This document shows, piece after piece, positions 26,251 through 40,406 of a stretch of 64,000 nt of DNA. Source of the DNA: the human T2T-CHM13v2.0 reference genome, Homo sapiens. The first letter of the stretch is position 1. Every line of letters begins with the position of its first letter. A program made the position numbers and the translations under genes. The notes beneath the pieces were generated by a model, which had not been told where the DNA came from, did no database searches, and saw only the letters and a program-made list of their open reading frames with translations. The DNA lies in the NCBI RefSeq assembly GCF_009914755.1, contig NC_060947.1; one strand, 5' to 3'.

Positions 26251-29025
26251 CATTTATTTTATTTTATTTTATTTTACTTTAAGTTCTGGGATTCATGTGC
26301 AGAATATGTAGGTTTGTTACATAGGTATACATATACCATGGTGGTTTGCCACACCTATCAACCTGTCATCTAGGTTTTAAGCCCGGCATGCATTAGATAT
26401 TTGTCCTAATGCTCTCCCTCCCCTTGCCCCCCACCTCCCAGACAGGTCTCAGTGTGTGATGTTCCCCTCCCTGTGTCCATGTGTTCTCATTGTTCAGCTC
26501 CTACTTATGAGTGAGAATATGTGGTGTTTGGTTTTCTGTTCCTGTGTTAGTTTGCTGAGAATGATGGCTTTTAGCTTCATCCATGTCCCTGCAAAAGACA
26601 TGAACTCATTTTTTATGGCTGCATAGTATTCCATGGTGTATATATACCACATTTTCTTTATCCAGTCTATCATTGATGGGCATTTGGGTTGGTTCCAAGT
26701 CTTTCCTATTGTAAATAGTGTTGCAATGAAAATACCTGTGCATGTGTCTTTATAATAGAATGATTTATAATCATTTGGATATATAAGCTGGGTCAAATGG
26801 TATTTCTAGTTCTAGATCCTTGAGGAATTGCCCCACTGGCTTCCACAATGGTTGAACTAATTTGCCTTTCCACCAACAGTGTAAAAGCATTCCTAAATCT
26901 CCACATCCTTGCCAGCATCTGTCGTTTCCTGACTTTTTAATGATTACCATTCTAACTGGCATGGGATGGTATCTCATTGTGGTTTTTATTTGCATTTCTC
27001 TAATGACCAGTGATGATGAGCTTTTTTTCATGACAGATTGCAAAATTTCTCTCCCATTCTGTAGGTTTTCTGTTCACTCTCATGCTAGTTTCTTTTGCTG
27101 TGCAGAAGGTCTTTAGTTTAATTATATTTCATTTGTTAATTTTGGCTTTAGTTGCCATTGCTTTTGGTGTTTTAGTCATGAAGGTTTTGCCTATGCCTCT
27201 GTCTTGAATGGTATTGCTCAGGTTTTCTTCTAGCATTTTCATGGTTTTGGGTTTTATATTTAAGTCTTTAATCCATCTTGAGTTAATTTTTGTATAAGGT
27301 GTAAGGAAGGGGTCTAGTTTGTGTTTTCTACATATGGCTAGCTTGTTTTCCCAACACCATTTATTAAATAGGGAATCCTTTCTCCATTGCTTGCTTTCAG
27401 CCTGCCCTACAAGAACTCCTGAAGGAAGCACTAAATATGAAAAGGAAAAACTGGTACCAGCTACTTTAAAAACACACCAAAACTTAAACCCCAATGACAC
27501 TATGAAGAAGCTGTCTCAACTAATGTGCAAAATAACCAGCTAACATCACAATGACAGGATCAAATACACACACCACAATATTAATCTTAAATGTAAATGG
27601 GTTAAATGTCCCAATTAAAAGACACAGCCTGGCAAATTGAATACAGTCAGGACCAATTGGCGTGTTGTATTCAGGAGACCCATCTCACGTGCAAAGACCA
27701 ACATAGGCTCAAATTAAAGGAATGGAAGAATATCTACCAAACAAATAGAAAAAAGAAAAGGAAAAAAAAAGGCAGAGGTTGCAATCCTAGTCTCCGATAA
27801 AACAGACTTTAAACCAACAAAGATCAAAAAAGACAGAAAAGGGCATTACATAATGGTAAAGGGATCAATGCAGCAAAAAGAGCTAACAATCCTAAAAATA
27901 TATGCACCCAATACACAAGCACCCAGGTTCATAAAGCAAATTCTTAGAGACCTACAAAGAGACTTAAACTCCCACACAATACTCATGGGATACTTTAACA
28001 CCCCAATGTCAGTATAAGACAGATCAATAAGACAGAAAATTAACAAGGGTCTTCAGGTCTTGAACTCAGCTCTGGACCAAGTGGACCTAATAGACATCTA
28101 CAGAACTCTCCACCCCAAATCAATAGAATATACATTCTTCTTACCACCACATTGCATTTATTCTAAAATCGACCCCACAGTTGGAAGCAAAACACTCCTC
28201 AGCAAATGCAAAAGAACAGAAATCATAACAAGCAGTCTCTCAGACGACACTGCAATCAAATTAGAACTCAGGATTAAGAAACTCACTCAAAACTGCACAA
28301 ATACATGGAAATTGAACCTGGTTCTGAATGACTACTGGGTAAATAAGAAAATTAAGGCAGAAATAAAAAAGTTCTTTAAAACCAATGAGAACAAAGAGAC
28401 AATGTGTCAGAATTTTTTGGACATTGCTACAACATTGTTAAGAGGGAAATTTATAGCACTACAAGGTCTGCAACAGAAAGCTGGGAAGATCTACAATTGA
28501 CATCTTAACATCACAATTAAAAGCACTAGAGAAGCAAGAGGAAACAAATTCAAATGCTAGCAGAAGACAATAAATAACTAACATCAGAGAAGAACTGAGG
28601 GAGATACAGACACGAAAAACCCTTCAAAAGATCAATGAATCCAGGAGATGAATTTTTCAAAAGACTAACAAAATAGATGGACCACTAGGTAGACTAACAA
28701 GAAAAGAGAGAAGAATAAAATAGACTCAATAAAAAACGATAAAGGGAATATCACCACTAATCCCACAGAAATACAAACTACCATCAGAGAATACTATAAA
28801 CACCTCTATGCAAATAAACTAGAAAATCTAGAAGAAACGGATAAATTCCTGGAGGCATACACTCTCTCAAGACTAAACCAGGAAGAAGCCGAATCCCTGA
28901 ATAGACCAATAACAAGTTCTGAAATTGAGGCAGTAATTAATAGCCTACCAACCAAAAAAAAACCCTGGACCAGACAGATTCACAGCTGAATTCTACCAGA
29001 GGTACAAATAGGAGCTGGTGCCATT
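26251..29025 (-). mobile_element. L1PA8-like element with 5' inversion (minus 26251-27397, plus 27398-29025)
   Basis: L1PA8-type 3'UTR. Flips at ttgcttgcttt|cagcctgccc to the end of ORF1 and the endonuclease region in plus sense. Confidence 0.85.
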
Positions 29026-32000
29026 GATATTTTCATATGGATTGCATTGAATCTGTAGATGACTTTGAGTAGTATGAACACTTTAACATTGTTTATTCTT
29101 CCAATCCATGAACATGAAATTTTTTTTATATCTTGTGTGTTCAGTTTCTTTCATCAGTATTTCATCAGTGTTTCATAGTTCTCATTTTAGAGAACTCACT
29201 TCAGTTAATTTGTAGGCATTTAGTTTCATTTGTGGCTATTTTAAACGAGATTACTGCTTTTTATTTTTTGTGTATGTGCTCATTGTTCACATATAGAAAT
29301 GCTACTGATTTTTTGCATGCTGATTTTGCATCGTGCAACTTTACTGAATTTGTTTATCAGTTCTAATAGTGTTTTGGTGAAGTCTTTAAGTTTGTCCAAA
29401 TATAAGACCACATCATATGCAAGCAAGGATTATTTGAGTTCTTTCTTTCTAATTTGGATGTCCTTTATTTCTTTCTCTTGTCCAATTGATCTAGCTAAGA
29501 CTTCCAATAATATATTGAATAATAGAGGTGAAACTTTGCATCCTTGATGTGTTCCAGCTCTTATAGGAAAGGCTTTCATTTTTTTTTCTATTTAGTATAA
29601 TACCAGCATTGGGTCTGTCATATATAGCTTTTATGTGTTGAGGTATATTCTTTTTAAACCCAGTTTTTTTAGGGTTTTTATCATGAAGACATGCCAAATT
29701 TTATCAAATGTTTTTCAGCATTAATTGGAATGGTCATATGGTTTTGTCCTTAAATGTGTTGATATGATTTATCACATTGATTGATTTACATATGTTGAGC
29801 CATCCTTGAGTCCCAGAGATAAATCACATTTGGTCATGATGAATGATCTTTCTAATGTATTGTAGACACTTGTTTGCTAGTATTTCGTTGAGAATTTTTG
29901 CATCAATATTCATCAGAAATATTGGCATACAGCTTTCCTTTTAGATGTGTCTTTATTTTTGGTTTTGATATCATAGTAATACTAGGCTTGCTGAATAAGT
30001 TTGGAAATATACCTTTCTCATCTATTTTTCAGAATAGTTTTATTCCTCTTTAAATATTTGTGGAAGTCAGCAGTGAAGCCATTGGGTCCTGGGCTTTTCT
30101 TTACTGGGAGACTTTATTATGGTTTCAATCTTGTTATTATTATTGGTCTGTTTGGGTTTTGGATTTCTTCATGTTTCAGTCCTGGTACTTTCTATGTGTT
30201 TAGGAATTTATTCATTTTTTCTAGATTTTCCAATTTATTGGCATATAATTTCTCGTAGCAGTCACTTATCATCCTTTAAATGTTTGTGGTATCAGTTGCA
30301 ATGTCTCTGTTTTCACCTCTGGTTTTATTTACTTGAGTCTACTCCTTTTTAAGTAGTTAATCTGACTAGAGGTTTGTCTATTTTTAAAAGTCTCTTTAAA
30401 AAACCAACATTTCATTTTATTGATCTTTCTATTGTTTTCTTTATTGAATTTTATTTATTTATGCTTGATATTTTAAATTTCTTTTCTTCTATTAATTTTA
30501 GGTTTGGTTTTCTATTGATTTTCTAGTTCTTTAAAGCATGTTAATAGGTTGTTTATTTGAATTTTTTTTGATATAGGTTTTTATAGCTATAAATTTCTCT
30601 CTTAGTACTGCTTTCACTGTATCCCACAGGTTTTGGTATGTTGTGTTTTTATTATCATTTATTTAAAGAATTTTAAAAATTTCTTTCTTAATGTATTCAT
30701 TGATCCACTGTACATTCAGGAGCATACTGTTCAATTTCCTTGTGTTTGTATAGCTTCCAAACTGTCTCCTGTTATTGATTTGTAGTTTTATTCCATTGTG
30801 GTCAGAGGAGGTGCTTCATATTTTTAAAAATTTTTTTCAATGTTTTAAGACTTGTTTTTTCATATGGTCTTCCACTGAGATTGATCCATGTACTGAGGTG
30901 TAGAATGTATATTCTGCAGTGTTGGATAAAATGCTCTGTAAATATCTAGTAAGTGCATTTGTTCTGAAGTGCAGATTAAGTCCAATGTTTATTTATATAT
31001 TTTCTGTCTGGAAGACCTGTCCACTGCTGAAAGTGGCATGCTTAAGTCTCTAGTTATTGTATTGTGATTATTTTTCTCTATATGTCTAATAATATTTCCT
31101 TCAAACATCTGAGTGTTCAAGCATTGGATAATATATATTTACAATTGTTATAACCTTTTGCTGAATTGACACTTTTATCACTATGTAATGACTTGTTTGT
31201 CTCTTATTACAGTATTTGTTTTGAAATGTATTTTCTCTGGTATAGTATAGCTATTTCTGCTCTTTTTTGGTTTTCAATGGCATAGAATATATTTTTTCAT
31301 CTTTTTATTTTCAATTTATGTGTATCTTTATAGGCGAATTGTGTTTACTGTTTGCTAGAAATTATTGGATCTTTTTTTTAAAAATCCATTCAGACATTTT
31401 ATCTCGATTGATTACTTTAGTCCTTTTACGTTAAATGTTATTAATAACTAAGAACTTTCCCCTGCCAATTTGTTTTTTGTTTTCTGGCTGTTTTGTACTT
31501 TTTTTCTTCCTTCCTGTCTTCCTTTTATTAAAGGTGAGTTCCTTTCATGATGTGATTTAATCATCTCTTGTTTTTATTTTTTGTGTATATATTGTATATT
31601 TTGATTTGAGGTTGCCATGAGGCTTGCAAACACTATCTTATAACCCGTTGTTCTGAACAGATGACAACTTAACACTGATTGCATAAACAAAAAAGCAGAA
31701 AGAAACCTAATAAATACTCTATTTTAACCCCATTTCCAAGCTTTTTAACTTTTTGCTATTTCTCTTTATGTTTTATTATACCATGTATATGTATTGAAAA
31801 ACTGTTGTTATACACTACAATTACAGTGTTATAACATTCTGTGTTTTTCTCTGTGCTCTTACAAGTGAGATTTGTACTGTCTGATGATTTCTTCTTGTTC
31901 ATTAACATTCTTTACTTTCAGATTCAAGAACTCCTTTTAGCATTCCTTAATAGGATAGGTCTGGTGTTGATAAAATCCCATAGCTTTTGTTTGCCTGGCA

Positions 32001-32333
32001 AAGTCTTTATTTCTCCTTCATGCTTGAAGGATATTTTCACCATATACTTAAACTTCTTATGCTTGCATGTTGATGTATTTCTGTAGGTTTGAGAAATTCT
32101 CTGATATTATTACTTTGAATTAACTTTCTACCCCTATCTTTTTCTCTACTTCCTCTTTAAGACCAATAACTCTTAGATATGCCCTTTTGAGACTATTTTC
32201 TAGATCTTGTAGTCTTGCTTTTTTTAAAAAAAATGCCATTTTCTTTTGTCTCCACTGAGTATTTTCAAACAGCCTGTGTTTAAGCTAACAAATTCTTTGT
32301 TCTGCTTGATCAGTTCTGCTATAAACGGACTCT
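29026..32333 (-). mobile_element. L1MA-type ORF2 to ORF1 fragment
   Basis: Continuous degenerate antisense ORF2 and inter-ORF sequence similar to 19531-22700. Confidence 0.8.
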
Positions 32334-35300
32334 GGGAAAGGGTGCCAAGATGGCCGATTAGCAGCAACTGTGGTTCATGGCACTCATGGTGAGGAATGAA
32401 AGGGAAGAGTGAATACAGCACCTTCAACTGAAATATCCAGGTTCTCAGATGGGGAATGATTAGGGAAACAATTTGACACACGGAGAAGGAATAAAAACAG
32501 AGTGGGATGATGGCCCACCTGGGAGTAACATGGAGCCAAGGGAACCCACACCTCCAGCCAAGGGAAGTGGTATGGGAGAAACTGAGGCAACTAGGCTCTG
32601 GAGTAGATCTCCAGCAAACCGAAGCAGCCCTACAGAAGAGTGGCCAGACTGTTAAAAAGAAAAACAAGCAAACAGAAAACAACAACAACAAACACAAAAC
32701 CCCATCAAAAATCAGCAACCTTGAAGATCAAAGGTATATAAGCCCATAAATACGAGAAAGAACCAATGCAAAAACACTGAAAACTCAAAAAGCCAGAGTG
32801 CCTCTTTTCCTCCAGATCACAACAATACCTCTCTGTCAAGGGCTCAGAACAAAGCTGAGGCTGAGATGGCTGAAATGACAGAAGTAGGTTTCAGAAGGTC
32901 GGTAATACTGAACTTTCTTGAGCTAAAGGAACATGTAGTAACCCAATGCAAAGAAGTTAAGAATTATGATAAAACAATACAGGAGCTGAAAGCCAAAATA
33001 ACCAGTTTAAAAAGGACCATAACTGACCTGTTAGAGCTGAAAAACACACTACAAGAACTTCACAATGCAATCACAAGTATTAATGACAGAATAGACCAAG
33101 TAGAGGAAAGAATTTCTGAGATTGAAGCCTATCTATCTTTCTGCAATAAGACAAGTGGACAAGAGTAGACAAAAAAGAATGAAAAATAATAAAGAAAAAG
33201 TCCAAGAAATATGAGATTATGTAAAGAGACTGAATGTAAGACTGATTAGGGTACCTGAAATAGATAGGGAGAATGGAATCAAGTTGGAAAACATACTTCA
33301 AGATATCATGCAAGAGAACTTCCCCCATGTATCAAGACAGGACAGTGTTCACGTTCAGAAAATGCAGAGAACCTCAGGAAGATACTCCATGAGAAGATAA
33401 TTCCCAAAACTCATATTCTTCAGATTCACAAAGGTCTAAATGAAATAAAAAATATTAAGGGCAGCCAAAGAGAAAGGCCAGGTCACCTACAAAGTGAAGC
33501 CCATCAGACTAACAGTGGGCATCTCAGTGAGAACTCTTCAAGCTAGAAGAGATCGAAAGCTTAATATTTAATATTCTTAAAGAAAAGAATTTTCAGCCCA
33601 GAATTTCATATCCAGGCAAACTAATCTTCATAAGTGAAAGAGAAATATGGTCCTGTTCAGAGAAGCAAATGCTGAGGGAATTCGTTACCATCAGACTTGC
33701 CTTACAAAAGCTCCTGAAGGAAGCAGTAAATATGGAAAGAAATACCTATTACCAGCCACTTCAAAAACACACTGAAGTACACAGATCAGTGACACTATGA
33801 AGAAACACATAAACAAGTTTGAAAAATAACCTGCTAACATCATGATGACAGGATCACATCTACACATAACAATACTAATCTTAAATATAAATTAACTAAA
33901 TGTCCTAATTGAAAGACACAAAGTGGGAAGAAGGACATTACAAAATGGGAAAGGGTTCAATTAAATAATAAGAATTAACTATCCTAAGTGCAAATGCACC
34001 CAATGCAGGAGCACCCAGATTTGTAAAGCAAGTTCTTAGAGACCTTCAAAGAGACTTAGACACCCACACAATAAAAGTGAGACTTTAATACCCCACTGAC
34101 AATATTAGACAGATTATCTATTCACAATAGCAAAGACTTAGAACCAACCCAAATGTCCAACAATGACAGACTGAATTAAGAAAATGTGGCACATATACAC
34201 CATAGAATACTATGCAGCCATAAAAAATGATGAATTCATGTACTTTGTAGGGACATGGATGAAACTGGAAATCATCATTCTCAGTAAACTATCACAAGAA
34301 CAGAAAACCAAACACCGCATATTCTCACTCATAGGTGGGAATTGAACAATGAGAACACGTGGACACAGGAAGGGGAACATCACACTCTGGGGACTGTTGT
34401 GGGGTGGGGGGAGGGGGGTGGGATAGCATTGGGAGATATACCTAATGCTAGATGACGAGTTAGTGAGTGCAGCGCAACAGCATGGCACATGTAAACATAT
34501 GTAACTAACCTGCACATTGTGCACATGTACCCTAAAACTTAAGTATAATAATAATAAATAAATAAATAAAAATAAAATCAACAAAGACATACAAGGCTTC
34601 AACTCAGCTTGGGATCAAGTGGACCTAATCAATATATACAAAACTCTCTACCGCAAAGCAGAATATATGTTCTTCTCATCACCACACAACACTTACTCTA
34701 AAATTGATCCCATAATTGGAAGCAAAAGTCTCCTCAGCAAATGCAACAGAACTAAAATTATAACAAACAGTCCCTCAGACCAAGCACAAATTAGAAATCA
34801 AGATTTTAAAATGTACTAAAAACCACACAACTACATGGAAACTGGACAGCCTACTCCTGAATGACTCCTGGGCAAATAATAAGGCAGAAATCAAGAAGTT
34901 CTTTGAAAGTAGTGAGAACAGAGAGACAATGTACCAGAATCTCTGGGATGCAGTTAAAGCAGTGTTAAGAGGGAAATTTGTAGGACTAAATGCCTATAAC
35001 AAAAAACTACAAAGATCTCAAGTTAACAGGCTAACATTACAACTAAAAGAACTAGAGAAACAAGAGCAAACAAACCCCAAAGCTAACAAAAAACAATACT
35101 TAACCAAGATCAGAGCTGAACTGAAAAAGATAGAAACACAAAAAACACTTCAGAAAATTAATGAATCCAGGAGCTGTTTTTCTGAAAAAAATTAATAAAA
35201 TAGATTGGCCACTAGCTAGACTAATAAAGAAGAAAAGCAGGGTGAAACCATTGCTCCACCTTGCTTTTCTTTCTTATGCGTATGTCAAGTTGTTTCCCTA

Positions 35301-35614
35301 CTCATTTCCAATGCAAGATTCATATATTTCAGTTGAAGGTGCTGTATTCACTTTCCCCTTTCATTGCTGTCCATGAGAAGATTCAAATAAACACAATCAG
35401 GAATGATAAAGGTGATATCACCACTGACCCCATAGAAATACAAACAACCATCAGAGAATACTATAAACACTTCTATTTACATAAACTGGAAAATCTAGAA
35501 GAAGTGAATAGTTCCTGGACACATACACCCTCTGAAGACTGAACAAGAATGAAACTGAATCTCTGAATACACCAGTAACAAGTTCTGAAATTGAGGCAGT
35601 AACAAATAGCCTAC

Positions 35615-35650
<36 letters not shown>

Positions 35651-36054
35651 GCCTAGGACCAGATGGATTCACAGTTGAATTCTACTAGAGGTACAAAGAG
35701 GAGCTGGTACCATTTCTACTGAAACTATTTCAAAACATTGAAAAGGAGGGATTCCTCCCTAACTCATTCATTGAGGCCAACATCACCCGATACCAAAACC
35801 TGGCAGAGATATGACAAACACAAAAACTTCAGGGCAATATGATTGATGAACATCGATGCAATAATCCTCAACAAAATACTAGCAAACTGGATCCAGCAGC
35901 ACATCAGAAAGCTTATCTACTATGATCGAGTAGGCTTCATCCCTGGGATGCAAGGTGTGTTAAATATATGCAAATCAATAAACGTGATTCATCACATAAA
36001 CAGAGGTAAAGACAAAAACCACATGATTATTTCAAAAGATGCAGAAAAGGCCTT
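32334..36054 (+). mobile_element. L1PA13-like element (5' end present, internal deletions, 3' end missing)
   Basis: GCCAAGATGGCCGATTAG 5' end; ORF1 piece 32866..33168; ORF2 to ...DAEKAF. Confidence 0.8.
34119..34575 (+). mobile_element. L1PA3-like short 3' fragment nested in the older L1
   Basis: gcattgggagatatacc and ggggaacatcac motifs, (AAAT)n tail, no clear TSD. Confidence 0.88.
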
Positions 36055-36659
36055 TATTTATTTATTTATTTCCCATTTCCATAGGATACTGGGTCACAGG
36101 CAGTGTTTACTTACATAAGTAAGTTCTTTAGTTTTGACTTGTGTTTTTGGTGCACCCATCACCCGAGCAGTATACACTGCACTTTTTGTAGTCTTTTATC
36201 CCTCACCCCATTCCCACCCTTTCCACCAGAGTCCCTAAAGTCCATTTTGACATTCTTATGTCTTTGCATTATCATAGCTTATCTCCCACATACCAGTGAG
36301 AATGTATGATGTTTGGTTTTCCATTCCAGAGTTACTTCACTAAGAATAATAGTCTCCAATCTCATCGAGGTCACTGTGAATGCCAGTAATTTATTCCTTT
36401 TCATGGCTGAGTAGTATTCCATAGCATAAATATATACCACAGTTTCTTTATCCAATCATTGATTGATACACATATGGGTTGGTTCCATGGTTTTGCAATT
36501 CCAAATCGGGCTGCTATAAACGTGTGTGTGCAAGTATCCTTTCTTTTTTTTTAACGGAAATACCATGTGCTTAATTTAATTTATCATTGAATATAAGGCA
36601 CTACTCTAAGAAGTGAAAAGAAACTCATAGCTCCTCATGTCATTATGAAATAAGTATTA

Positions 36660-36800
36660 TTGGCCTCATCCTCATTTTACAGAGCAGAAAACGGGAAAAG
36701 GAGATAAACTGATTTTTTGTAAGGCCAAAAGAGAATTATATGAGCTTGAGGTTGAAGCCAGGTAGTCTACCTGAGTACATTTCCTTAGCCCATGCTATAA
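36660..36800. mobile_element. MIR fragment within the candidate transduced segment
   Basis: MIR core-like cctcattttacagagcagaaaac...gaagccaggtagtct. Confidence 0.7.
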
Positions 36801-37052
36801 TCCCTCTGCTATAGTGTGCTGCTTAACTGGCTCACTCATCTATAAAAAATTTTCAAATCAATCTTGGACTAAAATTCAGTTTTAGATAACAAATCAAGTA
36901 AAACTCATCAAACATTATTTTACCCTGTAATATAAAGTTGAAGCACTTATTCTTCAATTTCTCTTTCTGCTTATCAAAAAAATCCCTGGCTAAACATTGA
37001 ACAAAATCAAAACTGGTGAATAAAATTATTATTATCATTTTAAACAAATAAC

Positions 37053-40000
37053 TTTTTTATTATTATACATTAAGTTCTGGGATACATGTTCAGAACGTGC
37101 AGGTTTGTTACATAGGTATACATGTGCCAAGGTGGTTTGCTGCACCCATCAACCCGTCATCTATAGTAGGTATTTCTCCTAATACTATCTCTCCTCTAGC
37201 CTCCCCACCCCCTGACAGGCCCTTGTGTGTGATGCCCCTACCTCTGTATCCATGTGTTCTCATTATTCAGCTTCCATTTATGAGTGAGAACATGCGGTGT
37301 TTGGATTTCTGTTCCTGTGTTAATTTGCTGGGAATGATGATTCCCAGCTTCATCCATGTCCCTGCAAATAACATGAACTCATCCTTTTTATGGCTGCATA
37401 GTATTCCATAGTGCATATGTGGCACATTTTATTTATCCAGTCTATCATTGATGGGCATTTGGATTGGTTTCAAGTCTTTGCTATTGTGAACAGTGCTGCA
37501 ATAAACATATGTGTGCATGTATCTTTATAGTAGAATAATTTAAAACCCTTTGGGTACATACCCAGTAATGGGATGGCTGGGTCAAATGCTATTTCTGGTT
37601 CTAGATCCCTGACGAATTGCCACACTGTCTTCCACAATGGTTGAATTAATTTACACTCCCATCAACAGTGTAAAAGAGTTCCTATTTTTCCATATCCTCA
37701 CCAGCACCTGTTGTTTCGTGACTTTTTAATGATCGCCATTCTAACAGGCGTGAGATGGTATCTCATTGTGGTTTTGATTTGCATTTCTCTAATGACCAGT
37801 GATGATGGCTTTTTTTCATGTTTGTTGGCTGCATAAATATCTTCTTTTGAGAAGTATCTCTTCATATCCTTCGCCCACTTTTTGATGTTTTTTTTCTTGT
37901 AAATGTGTTGAAGTTCCTTGTAGATTCTGGATATTAGCCCATTGTCAGATGGATAGATTGCAAAAATTTTCACCCATTCTATAGGTTGCCTGTTCACTCT
38001 AATGATAGTTTCTTTTGCTGTGCAGAAGCTCTTTAGTTAAATTAGATCCCATTTGTCAATTTTGGTTTTTGTTGCCATTGCTTTTGGCATTTTAGTCATT
38101 AAGTCTTTGCCAATGCCTATGTCCCGAATGGTATTGCCTAGATTTTCTTCTAGGGTTTTTATGGTTTTAGGTCTTACATTTAAATCTTTAATCCATCTTG
38201 AGTTAATTTTTGTATAAGGTGTAAGGAAGGGGTCCAATTTCAGTTTTTTGCATTTGGCTAGCCAGTTTTTTCAACATCATTTATTAAATAGGGAATCCTT
38301 TCCCCATTGCTTGTTTTTGTCAGGTTTGTCAAAGATCAGATGGCTGTAGATGTGTGGCAGTATTTCTGAGGCCTCTGTTGTGTTCCATTGGTCTATATAT
38401 GTGTTTTGGTAGCAGTATCATGCTGTTTTGGTTACTGTAGCCTTGTAGTATTGTTTGAAGTCAGGTAGTGTGATGCCTCCAGCTTTGTTATTTGTGCTTA
38501 GGATTGTCTTAGCTATACATGCCCTTTTTTGGTCCCATATGAAATTTAAAGTATTTTTTTCTATTTCTGTGAAGAGAGTCAATGGTAGCTTGATGGGGAT
38601 AGCCTTGAATCTATAAATTATTTTGGGCAGTATGGCTATTTTCATGATATTGATTCTTCCTATCCATGAGCATGGAATGTTTTTCCCCTTGTTTTTGTCC
38701 TCTCTTATTTCCTTGAGCAGTGGCTTGTAGTTCTCCTTAAAGAGGTCCTTCGCATACCTTGTAAGTTGGATTCCTAGGTATTTTATTCTCTTTGTAGCAA
38801 TTGTGAATGGGAGTTCACTCATGATTTGGCTTTCTGTTTGTCTAGAAATGCTGGTGATTTTTACACGTTGATTTTGTATCCTGAGACTTCGCTGAAGTTG
38901 CTTATCAGCTTAAGATTTTAGACTGAGATGATGGGGTTTTTAAAATATACAATCATGTCATCTGCAAGCAGAGACAATTTGACTTCCTTTCTTCCTATTT
39001 GAATGCCCTTTATTTCTTTCTGTTTCCTGATTTCCCTTGCCAGAACTTCCAAAACTATGTTGAATAGGAATGTTGAGAGAGGGCATCCTTCTCTTGTGCC
39101 AGTTTTCAAAGGGAATGCTTCCAGCTTTTGCCCATTCTGTATGATATTGGCTGTGGTTTTTTATAAATATTTTTATTAGTTTGAAATACGTTCCATCAAT
39201 ACCTAGTTTACTGAGAGTCTTTAGCATGAAAGAGTGTTGAATTGTATCAAAGGCCTTTTTTGCCTCTATTGAGATAATCATGTGGTTTTTGTCATTGGTT
39301 CTGTAACGTGATGGATTATGTTTATTGATTTGCGTATGCTGTACAAGCCTTGCATCCCAGGGATGAAGCCAACTTGATTGTGGTGCATAAGCTTCTTGAT
39401 ATGCTGCTGGATTTGGTTGGCCAGTATTTTATTGAGGATTTTTGCATTGATGTTCATCAGGGACATTGGCCTGAAATTTTCTTTGTTTTGTCTCTGCCTG
39501 GATTTGGTATCAGAATGATGCTGTCCTCATAAAATGAGTTAGGAAGGATTCCCTTTTTTTTTTTCTATTGTTTGGAATAGTTTCAGAAGGATTGTTACAA
39601 GCTCCTCTTTGTACCTCTGGTAGAATTTGGCTGTGAATCCGTCTGGTCCTGGGCTTTATTTTGGTTGGTAGGCTATTAATTACTGCCTCAATTTCAGAGC
39701 TTGTTATTGGTCTATTTAGGGATTCGACTTCTTCCTGGTTTAGACTTCGGAGAGTGTATGTGTTTATGTGTTTATCCATTTATTCTATATTTTCTAGTTT
39801 ATTTGCACAGAGGTGTTTACAGTATTCTCTGATGGTAGTTTGTATTTCTGTGAGATAAGTGGTGATATCACCTTTATCATTTTTTATTGTGTCTATTTGA
39901 TTCTTCTCTCTTTTCTTCTTTATTAATCTGGCTAGAGGTCTATCTATTTTGCTAATCTTTTTAAAAAAAAAACAGCTCCTGGATTCATTGATTTTTTGAA

Positions 40001-40406
40001 GAGTTTTTTCATGTTCCTGTCTCCTTCATTTCTGCTCTGATCTTAGTGTTTTACTTCCAACTATGTGGTCAATTTTAAAATAAGTGCAGTCTGGTGCTGA
40101 GAAGAATGTATATTCTGTTGATTTGGGATGGAGAGTTCTGGAGAACTCTATTAGGTCCAGTTGGTCCAGAGTTGAGTTCAAGTCCTGAATATACTTGTTA
40201 ATTTTCTGTCTTATTGATTTGTCTAATATTGACATGTGTTGTTAAGGTCTTCCACTATTATTGGTGGGTGTCTAAGTCTCTTTAAAGGTCTCTAAGGACT
40301 TGCTTTATAAATCTGGTTGCTCCTGTATTGGGTACATATATATTTAGGATAGTTAGCTCTTCTTGTTGCATTAATCCCTTTACCATTGTGCAATGCCTTT
40401 TTTTGT
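37053..40406 (-). mobile_element. 5'-truncated L1PA7-like element
   Basis: 3'UTR aagttctgggatacatg...ggtggtttgctgcacccatcaacccgtcatct. ORF2 fragments. Internal deletion near 40046. Confidence 0.88.

Noticed and set aside
35619-35646. 28-nt A tract as a separate retroposon tail
   Set aside because: It is an expansion of the A run normally found at this ORF2 position (compare 9144-9151 and 28954-28962), with no TSD.
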